Source: Candidatus Bathyarchaeum sp. (GTDB lineage: Archaea; Thermoproteota; Bathyarchaeia; Bathyarchaeales; Bathyarchaeaceae). From it: DNA of 13,911 nt. This document shows, piece after piece, positions 7,849 through 13,911 of this stretch (position 1 is its first letter; each line of letters begins with the position of its first letter). Made by a program: the position numbers and the translations under genes. The notes beneath the pieces were generated by a model. The model saw only the letters and a program-made list of their open reading frames with translations. It was not told the DNA's origin and made no database searches. The stretch lies in NCBI GenBank assembly GCA_026014495.1, contig JAOZIF010000149.1, positions 1-13,911 of the forward strand. The letters are read 5' to 3'.

Positions 7849-9426
7849 GGCATCTGTAATGTTAGTTTCAAGGTCAGCAAGTGAGTCAATAATACTTTGT
7901 GTTGAAGCAGGGGTTACTTTGAATAGGTTAGTTGCGATAATGTCGGCGCTGCTGCTAGCAGATTCGTAAACAGTGAAGTTCCATGTTCCGGTTGGAGCGT
8001 CTGCAGGAAGTGCCATCCAATAGATGCAAGAGTCATCGTATGGTATCATGTAAAAATCGTCGTCGTTAACTTCAACCCAATCGTAGTAATAGAACCAGCC
8101 ATATGTGAATAGTAGTCCATCGGGGTCGGTGATTTCCCAGTATACGTCGTCTGATGAGCTGCTTGGTTCGTCTGTGGAGTAAGTGTATATGCTGAGGAAA
8201 TCGTTTTGCATGTATTCGGTTGCGCGTGTTTCAAAAATTAAAACAGCTGCAGCCACTGTGAAAGTTTCACTAGCAGAAACACCGTCGTCGTCAGTTGCAG
8301 TTATTGTATATGTTCCGTCAGATACGTCTGGGACATCAAAGCTTACAGAGAAGTAACCAACAGAATCTGTTGTGTCTGTGGCTACTTCTGTATCATCAAA
8401 GGTTACTGTGACGTCTTCATCTTCGCTGAACCATTCACCGGTAACAGTTATTGTGTCGTCTACCTCGCCTGTATCATCGCTTAATTCGATGCTGGCTTCC
8501 TCAGTGAGTGTGAAGGTTTCCATAGGAGCTATACTGCCATCATCGTTGTCTATTGCTTGGATATTGTAGTCGGTTCCTCCTGGATTAGGATCAGCAAGAG
8601 AGGGCACTGTTATTGTTACGGTGAAGTCGCCATCAGAGTCAACATCGTAATTGTCAGCTACAGTAATGTAAGAAGAAGTGCCGCTTACAAGCCATCGGAT
8701 ATCAACTGTTCCATCTTCAGTGAAGCCTCTTCCTGTAATTTCAACAGATGAGCCGATAATTCCTTCATCAGGTGACAGTGTTATGTATGGACCAACAGTG
8801 AGAGTTGCATAAGCAGTGTTTGTGCCTTCATCTGTGGCTCGGAAGTTATCTGAACTTGCATCAATGTCATCAGGAATATCTATGGTGCATGAGAATGATC
8901 CGAGGTCGTCAGTGTCTACGGTGTATGGGCTAGTGGTGAGTGTTTGCCATGCAGAGCCATCGTAGTATTCGATAGTAATTTCTGAATCATCATCGAATCC
9001 ATAACCCAGAACGGCTATTTCATCGCCTTCAATACCTACATCTTGAGGTAGATCCAGAACAGATTCAACAGTGAATACCACGGAAACAGATTCGCCAGAT
9101 TCAACGTCTTTTACTATTAGGTTGTGGGAACCTGCTGTTGCTTCAGGAAGCTCGACATCTATTTCATAAGTGAGTCCGGTGGCGTAACCGCTACCTAGTA
9201 AACCTGCTTCTCCATCCCAAGCTTTAACGTAATCCCAGTAGATTTCAATTAAGCCACCAGTAGTTGTTGAGTCTCCTTCAACAGTTATCTCATCATCATC
9301 GATGAAGTTTCCTGAACTAGGAGTAACTGTGGTTACAGATAATGCACTTACCAAAGGTAGAGCTGCTAGAACCGTTGATAACACTAGTAATGTTATAATT
9401 GCTGTTGTATACGCTTTCTTATTCAA
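7384..9426 (-). CDS. S-layer-like acidic surface (glyco)protein, paralog 1: signal peptide, 4 Ig-like/IPT-type repeats, a fifth beta domain, stalk, C-terminal TM anchor
   Basis: TTG start with SD AAGGAG; signal peptide ending LPLVSA; ~95-100-aa repeats of the type (L/P)xxGxxGDxITxxGxxF…TDxxGxFxxxxxVP…Y.I.A.D; NFT and NIT sequons; Thr-rich stalk; TM helix WIAVVLSLVAAIAAIFAVITI plus RQK. The S-layer role is inferred from architecture. Confidence 0.8.
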   Translation of the reverse strand: MNKKAYTTAIITLLVLSTVLAALPLVSALSVTTVTPSSGNFIDDDEITVEGDSTTTGGLIEIYWDYVKAWDGEAGLLGSGYATGLTYEIDVELPEATAGSHNLIVKDVESGESVSVVFTVESVLDLPQDVGIEGDEIAVLGYGFDDDSEITIEYYDGSAWQTLTTSPYTVDTDDLGSFSCTIDIPDDIDASSDNFRATDEGTNTAYATLTVGPYITLSPDEGIIGSSVEITGRGFTEDGTVDIRWLVSGTSSYITVADNYDVDSDGDFTVTITVPSLADPNPGGTDYNIQAIDNDDGSIAPMETFTLTEEASIELSDDTGEVDDTITVTGEWFSEDEDVTVTFDDTEVATDTTDSVGYFSVSFDVPDVSDGTYTITATDDDGVSASETFTVAAAVLIFETRATEYMQNDFLSIYTYSTDEPSSSSDDVYWEITDPDGLLFTYGWFYYYDWVEVNDDDFYMIPYDDSCIYWMALPADAPTGTWNFTVYESASSSADIIATNLFKVTPASTQSIIDSLADLETNITDAITTSQGVIITSLNGLDAELTSISSGIATITTNVGELETTVSALDITSLTSELATIQTDIGTLSTAVSNLDAKVTAIDGDIATVSTTLGTLQGTITSIEGNTASIETDVGTLQADVTDVKGSVDSTPAWIAVVLSLVAAIAAIFAVITIRQKIAG

Positions 9427-9467
9427 GTTAATATTCTCCTTTTTATTTCGGAAAATTCGTTTTAAAG

Positions 9468-9484
9468 TATTAAGTCTTTTTCAG
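9468..9484 (-). promoter_or_regulatory. BRE + TATA promoter of surface-protein gene 1
   Basis: Minus strand GAAAAAGAC-TTAATA, about 42-47 nt upstream of TTG 9426, leaving room for a short leader containing the SD. Confidence 0.5.
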
Positions 9485-9770
9485 AATTATTACATAATTT
9501 TACACAATTCACAAATGTTCGCAAATAAATATCATATAAGCAAATAATCCATCATGGTTAAACACTTTTTATCAGATTATCACCTATAATAAAACTATCA
9601 GTCAAACACAATTCAACTCCTCTGAAACAAAACAAACGCAAATAGAAATCACAAACAACTAAACAGAACCACTCACTCTACAGACAAGCACACAAAGCAT
9701 GTGCTAGAGCAAACAATAGTTGAAAAACAGTGACAAGTTATTGAAAGATAAAAGCTTGCGCTAAAGTGTT

Positions 9771-9814
9771 AAAAAATAAAAAATAAAAGAAAGGGAAAGG
9801 GAATTAATCCCTTT
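9771..9814 (-). terminator. Hairpin plus U-tract terminator after surface-protein gene 2
   Basis: 7-bp stem AAAGGGA/TCCCTTT with loop ATTAA (9796-9814), followed by a long T-tract on the minus strand. Confidence 0.65.
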
Positions 9815-9824
9815 TTGTTTTTGC

Positions 9825-10291
9825 TTTTAGCCTGCTATTTTTTGGCGAATGGTAATAACTGCAAAGATTGCAGCTATTGCCGCGACCAAAGACAGAACTA
9901 CAGCAATCCATGCTGGAGTACTGTCAACACTGCCCTTAACGTCTGTAACGTCAGCTTGCAGTGTGCCAACATCAGTCTCAATTGAAGCAGTGTTACCTTC
10001 GATGCTTGTGATTGTTCCTTGTAGGGTTCCAAGAGTAGTGCTTACAGTTGCGATGTCACCATCAATTGCAGTCACTTTTGCGTCAAGGTTAGAAACAGCT
10101 GTGGATAAAGTTCCAATGTCAGTTTGAATTGTAGCCAGCTCGCTTGTGAGGCTTGTAATGTCCAAAGCAGAAACAGTGGTTTCCAGTTCACCAACATTTG
10201 TGGTGATTGTTGCAATTCCACTGGATATGCTTGTAAGTTTGGCATCCAAACCATTCAAGCTGGTAATAATCACGCCTTGGCTTGTGGTTAT
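9825..10291. repeat. Copy 2 of the 467-bp direct repeat
   Basis: See 7382-7848; the antisense ORFs 7406..7684 and 9849..10127 also translate identically. Confidence 0.95.
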
Positions 10292-11845
10292 AGCTTTAGT
10301 AATGTTAGATTCAGCACCAACGATTGCGTCAATGATACTGTCTGTTGAAGCAGGTACTACTTTGAACAGGTTAGTGTCGACGATGTCGTCACCTGTATCG
10401 TATGCAGTGAAGTTCCAGAAACCTAGAGGAGCATCAGCAGGGATTGGATTATAGCCTAGCCAGTATAGGGTATAGGGTACCATCCAAACGTCGTCATCAA
10501 CTTCTTCCCAATCACCAGTGTATATATAGTCATAGTAGAACACTGAACCGTCTGGGTCAGTGATTTCAATATATATAGTAGTTGGTGGTACTTCTGAGGC
10601 GTATGTGTATATGCTCATGATACTGTTTTGCATGTATTCATCTGCACGTGTTTCAAGAATGAAAAAGGCTGCAGAAACTGTGAATTCTGCACTTGCAGAA
10701 ACACCGTCGTCGTCAGTTGCAACTACGTCGTAGACTCCATCTTCTGTGTCTTCTGGAACATCAAAGGTTGTAGAGAAATCACCTAAAGCATCAGTTGTGT
10801 CTGTTGCTACTTCTACACCATCAAAGGTTATGGTTACATCTTCAGATTCACTGAACCATTCACCAGTAATGGTTATTGTGTCTTCAGCCTCGCCTATCTT
10901 AGGGGTCAATGTGATACTAGCTTCTTCGATAAGGGTGAAGATGTCAGTGGGCTGTATAGTGCCGTCATCGTTGTCAACTGCCTTTATTGTGTAGGGCGTT
11001 CCTGGTGCTGTTGGATCAGGAAGTGAAGGAACATCGATGGTTACAGTGAAGTCTCCATCAGAGTCAACTACGTAATTGTCAGCTACAGTGATGTAAGCAG
11101 TTGGGCTTAAGTGCCATCGGATGTCAACTGTTCCGTCTTCTGTGAAGCCTCTTCCGTTAATTTCAACAGATGAACCAATTAGGCCAGTGTCAGGGTCCAC
11201 TGTTATGTATGGACCAACAGTAAGGGTGGCGGTCTCGGTGTTAACACCGTCTGAAACTCGGACGTTATCTGCTACATCTTCCATGTCGCTAGGAATCTTG
11301 AAGGTGCATGTGAATGAACCAAGTTCATCAGTTTCCACATCAACAGGTGATGTAGTCAATGTTTCGTATGCAGCTCCATCCCAATATTCAATTGTAAGTT
11401 CTGTATCAGCATCAAAACTAGCACCAGACAATGTTATTGTATCACCAATAACACCAACCTCTGGATCAACAGTTACCGATGTTTCCATTGTGAAAGCTGC
11501 TGAGTCTGTTTCACTTGCATCAACATCTTTAACGATCACGTTGTGTGCTCCAGCTGTAGCTTCGGGAACTTCAACATCAATATCAAAGGAGGTTCCATCA
11601 GCATAACCGCTGCCGATTAAACCTGCTTCTCCATCCCAAGCTTTAACATAATCCCAGTAGACTTCGATTAGTCCACCAGTTGTTGTCGAAACACCTGTAA
11701 TGTTCACATCGTCACCAGCTGGTCCTGAGGTAGGATCAAGTAGCGTCAAGCTTACTGCGCTTACTAGTGGGAAAGCCATTAGAACTAGTGATAGTGTTAG
11801 CATTGTTATTATGAGTGTTGTAGATATTTTTTTATTTATTCGCAT
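9827..11845 (-). CDS. S-layer-like acidic surface (glyco)protein, paralog 2 (same architecture as paralog 1)
   Basis: ATG with SD AAGGAG; signal peptide ending FPLVSA; collinear with paralog 1 (shared YWDYVKAWDGEAGL, TVGPYIT, GRGFTEDGTVDIRW, ATDDDGVSA, ETRAxEYMQN); near-identical stalk and identical TM tail. Confidence 0.8.
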   Translation of the reverse strand: MRINKKISTTLIITMLTLSLVLMAFPLVSAVSLTLLDPTSGPAGDDVNITGVSTTTGGLIEVYWDYVKAWDGEAGLIGSGYADGTSFDIDVEVPEATAGAHNVIVKDVDASETDSAAFTMETSVTVDPEVGVIGDTITLSGASFDADTELTIEYWDGAAYETLTTSPVDVETDELGSFTCTFKIPSDMEDVADNVRVSDGVNTETATLTVGPYITVDPDTGLIGSSVEINGRGFTEDGTVDIRWHLSPTAYITVADNYVVDSDGDFTVTIDVPSLPDPTAPGTPYTIKAVDNDDGTIQPTDIFTLIEEASITLTPKIGEAEDTITITGEWFSESEDVTITFDGVEVATDTTDALGDFSTTFDVPEDTEDGVYDVVATDDDGVSASAEFTVSAAFFILETRADEYMQNSIMSIYTYASEVPPTTIYIEITDPDGSVFYYDYIYTGDWEEVDDDVWMVPYTLYWLGYNPIPADAPLGFWNFTAYDTGDDIVDTNLFKVVPASTDSIIDAIVGAESNITKAITTSQGVIITSLNGLDAKLTSISSGIATITTNVGELETTVSALDITSLTSELATIQTDIGTLSTAVSNLDAKVTAIDGDIATVSTTLGTLQGTITSIEGNTASIETDVGTLQADVTDVKGSVDSTPAWIAVVLSLVAAIAAIFAVITIRQKIAG

Positions 11846-11875
11846 TTTTCTATTTTCTCCTTTTTGTATTATTGG

Positions 11876-11905
11876 AGGCGTCGCTGATAGGATCAGCTCT
11901 CGCCT
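11876..11905 (-). other. GC-rich hairpin in the probable 5' leader of surface-protein gene 2
   Basis: mRNA sense 5'-AGGCG AGA GCTGAT CCT ATCAGC GA CGCCT-3': 5-bp and 6-bp stems around a purine 3x2 internal loop. Confidence 0.55.
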
Positions 11906-11940
11906 TACCAGTCTATGAGGCTTAGTCTAGGCGATATTTA

Positions 11941-11995
11941 TATTTAATGTGCACAGTTTCGTACTGTGTTCACGAAATGTATACATGTTCTAGAA
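11941..11995 (-). promoter_or_regulatory. TATA box (TTAAATA, 11947-11941) with an upstream cluster of palindromes / candidate operators
   Basis: TGTGCACA (11948-11955), CACAGT-N5-ACTGTG (11952-11968), TTTCGT-N9-ACGAAA (11957-11977), ATGTATACAT (11977-11986), TTCTAGAA (11988-11995). Confidence 0.5.
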
Positions 11996-12213
11996 AAATA
12001 CGGTAGTAGTGCATAAAAATAACGTATTTATGGTGTTTTTTTGCTCAATTTAAGGTTTTTTCAAGTAAAAAAGGCAGTATTTCAATTTAATCGCATATCT
12101 CACGATAGGATAAATACACAAAAGTTGCGCATCAAAAACAACTGCAAAATAAACAAGTAAATATTGAGTATGTAATCATACTATAATAGACACTTTTGTT
12201 AAAGTCTTGAAAA

Positions 12214-12789
12214 TTAAGTTTTAAAATCCAGCAGTATCATGCCTTTGAAGGCTTCACTTTTGGCTGTCTGGTAACCTATACTGTGCATTGCACCCTCTAT
12301 GAACTTTGCAAGAAGTTTTGTAGCATCCCCAGTAAGCAGAGTTGAGATACACCTGAACTTGATCATGTTTTGGCTTTGTCTAACTTCAACTTCGCTCAAG
12401 TCCCATCGTGTCGCTTCAAGAAATTTTTTGAGAGCACAAACAGGGTCTTTGAATTTTTCGTTTAAGTATTTCCCGTGCCATTTTCCGCTTTCATACCATT
12501 TTGCTTGTAGCTGGTCTACTTCTTCGGTTTCGCATACTTTGTTGTTTAGATAGGCCAGAACGTCTGTGGGCACAAAGGCGCCGCCTAAATTGCGTTGAGC
12601 TTGCATGATTTCTAGGAATTCTGCTGCTTGTTTAGGAGTGTATCCTAGGCTGTCTGCTTTTAGGGCCAGTTTAAGGACTTCAGTAACAAACAGGCTTAGG
12701 GACTCGCCTCGTTGCCTTGAAATTTCGGTGACTTCTCCAGCAAGGTCTCCAGGCACGTAAACGAGTCTTTTACTTTTAGCCTTAGACAT
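12214..12789 (-). CDS. Putative transcription regulator: N-terminal ribbon-helix-helix (CopG-like) plus C-terminal V4R/H-NOX-like domain, paralog A
   Basis: N-terminal KRLVYVPGDLAGEVTEISRQRGESLSLFVTEVLKLAL fits the RHH strand-helix-helix pattern. C-terminal W..G.W.G…FIEGAMHSIGY…GMILLDF resembles V4R-type alpha/beta folds (pattern recognition only). ATG 12789 preferred; the ORF extends to TTG 12831. Confidence 0.65.
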   Translation of the reverse strand: MSKAKSKRLVYVPGDLAGEVTEISRQRGESLSLFVTEVLKLALKADSLGYTPKQAAEFLEIMQAQRNLGGAFVPTDVLAYLNNKVCETEEVDQLQAKWYESGKWHGKYLNEKFKDPVCALKKFLEATRWDLSEVEVRQSQNMIKFRCISTLLTGDATKLLAKFIEGAMHSIGYQTAKSEAFKGMILLDFKT

Positions 12790-12840
12790 GCAGTTACTTC
12801 CTAACCCTTGTTCAACCTTTTTGTTCCTCAATTTATATTT

Positions 12841-13452
12841 CTATTTATTAGTACAGGCTGTTCTGGTGTTCTTTTTTACTCCTTGTAAGCAGATTATTCC
12901 TCGGGCAACCTCTTTTTTGTCAATTTGGTACCCAAAGGTTTCTAGTGCGCCTTCAAGGAAAGATGAAAAAAGGTAAGTGTACGATTCTGGAAGCCTAGGG
13001 CTCACTATACGAACCGAAACGTTGTTTGCCTCAGTCTTCAGTTCAAGCTCAGGAACATTCCAAGTGAAGTCTCTTAGGTCTTTTTGGAATTCTTCAAACG
13101 GGCTGTTAGTTGTTCCTGTAACATATCTTTTGGCAAGCCAAACACCAGCATCAAACCAAGTTTGCAAAGACCTCTTTTTTGATTTGTCATATGCAATTTC
13201 GGTCATTTCATACCATAGACTTTCTAGACCAAGCGTGTAACCCTTCTCTTTAGCATCTTTTAGTAATTCGCGTGAATCAAGCAACACATGAGTGTTTACG
13301 CCTAGTTCGTTAGCTCTTAGAGTTAACTCAAAAACTTCGTTCACAAAACTGTATAGGCTAATATCGTTGTCTTTAGCGATATTGTTCATGCGGTCTAGTA
13401 GGTCTTCACGGGCAGCGAAGCTTTTTCGCCGAGATTTGCGTTTTTTTTCCAC
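12841..13452 (-). CDS. Putative transcription regulator: RHH plus V4R/H-NOX-like domain, paralog B
   Basis: GTG start with SD GGTGA; RRKSFAAREDLLDRMNNIAKDNDISLYSFVNEVFELTL is RHH-like; shares SLxxFVxEVxxLxLxAxxLG, WxxxGxW and EGAxxxxGYQxxKxExxxGxIxL with paralog A. Confidence 0.65.
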   Translation of the reverse strand: MEKKRKSRRKSFAAREDLLDRMNNIAKDNDISLYSFVNEVFELTLRANELGVNTHVLLDSRELLKDAKEKGYTLGLESLWYEMTEIAYDKSKKRSLQTWFDAGVWLAKRYVTGTTNSPFEEFQKDLRDFTWNVPELELKTEANNVSVRIVSPRLPESYTYLFSSFLEGALETFGYQIDKKEVARGIICLQGVKKNTRTACTNK

Positions 13453-13621
13453 TTTTTCACCATTCCGTGTAATTATTTACGCCAGGTATAAACTGGCCCC
13501 AAGATAAATTTACACTGGATATCTAGCAAAGTCAACTAATAAAATTATCTTATACAAAATTCAGAGTGAAAAAAGTAGTTAATCAGAAAATGTGTGGATA
13601 GAGTTGTTTGTATTTGTTGCG

Positions 13622-13911
13622 CTATAACGATCGGTGCTTATTCCAGAATTGTGTTATGCACTCACCACATTCCCTTGAATCCTTTAAGACTTTCATCTCT
13701 TTTTGGTAGTAGTTTGGAAGCAGTTGCCTGATGTTTGGGTGAATAATGCGCTCGTCCAACATTACAATACAGCCTTTATCTGTGGCTGAGCGATGGACGC
13801 GCCCACAAGCTTGAACTAAACGAAAAATCGCAGGAGTTAAGTAAGCGTAGTCTCTGCCGTTTCCTGGAAACTGGTAATCAAAATAGTCTATGAGAGCCTT
13901 TTGGTACACGC
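13622..13911 (-). CDS. C-terminal fragment of a Rad3/XPD/DinG-family SF2 helicase (runs off the window edge)
   Basis: Helicase motif VI context 'Y..PAIFRLVQACGRVHRSATDKGCIVMLDER', matching the QaxGRxxRxxxDxGxxxLxDxR signature of the helicase_C_2 domain. Confidence 0.88.
   Translation of the reverse strand, partial: VYQKALIDYFDYQFPGNGRDYAYLTPAIFRLVQACGRVHRSATDKGCIVMLDERIIHPNIRQLLPNYYQKEMKVLKDSRECGECITQFWNKHRSL

Noticed and set aside
7382-10291. Diversity-generating retroelement (TR/VR pair) as the explanation for the C-terminal repeat
   Set aside because: Only 2 mismatches, not an adenine-specific pattern; both copies are in-frame coding; no reverse transcriptase in the window.
7382-10291. 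Shufflon/invertible cassette
   Set aside because: The repeats are direct, not inverted, and no site-specific recombinase is present.
7406-11606. Antisense and alternate-frame ORFs over the surface genes (7406..7684, 7629..7811, 7703..7969, 9849..10127, 10072..10254, 10146..10454, 10746..10994, 11121..11606 etc.)
   Set aside because: Shadow ORFs produced by the Thr/Asp/Val-rich codon bias of the real genes; duplicated only because the DNA is duplicated.
11874-11933. Known riboswitch (c-di-GMP-I, fluoride, SAM-I) or canonical kink-turn
   Set aside because: Conserved core sequences and stem order do not match; the bulge next to the G·A pairs is 1 nt rather than the canonical 3 nt.
1-13911. CRISPR array, IS element or integrase
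   Set aside because: No regularly spaced repeats, terminal inverted repeats, transposase or tyrosine/serine recombinase motifs seen.

Overview
Archaeal chromosomal segment: archaeal-type PEP carboxylase, TATA-box promoters with leaderless starts, and GGAGG/GGTGA SD motifs. The gene style suggests Bathyarchaeia/TACK, which is inference and was not searched. Left to right: 3' half of a class II tRNA (probably Ser); a secreted matrixin-like metzincin divergent from a membrane-anchored 7-blade FG-GAP beta-propeller; ppcA; a stand-alone fasciclin; a tiny HExxH protein; a Gfo/Idh/MocA oxidoreductase; a hypothetical protein with a C-terminal CxxC; two tandem ~675-aa S-layer-like surface proteins; two paralogous RHH + V4R-like putative regulators; and the C-terminal end of a Rad3/XPD/DinG-family helicase. 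The strongest signal is the surface-protein pair. Their Ig-like N-terminal parts are well diverged, but the stalk/anchor DNA is a 467-bp direct repeat with only 2 mismatches (first 404 bp identical). Upstream lie a structured GC-rich leader, a dense palindrome cluster beside the TATA box, and the regulator pair. Together these look like a regulated 'variable head / constant stalk' envelope locus. An assembly artefact for the identical tract cannot be excluded from this window alone.
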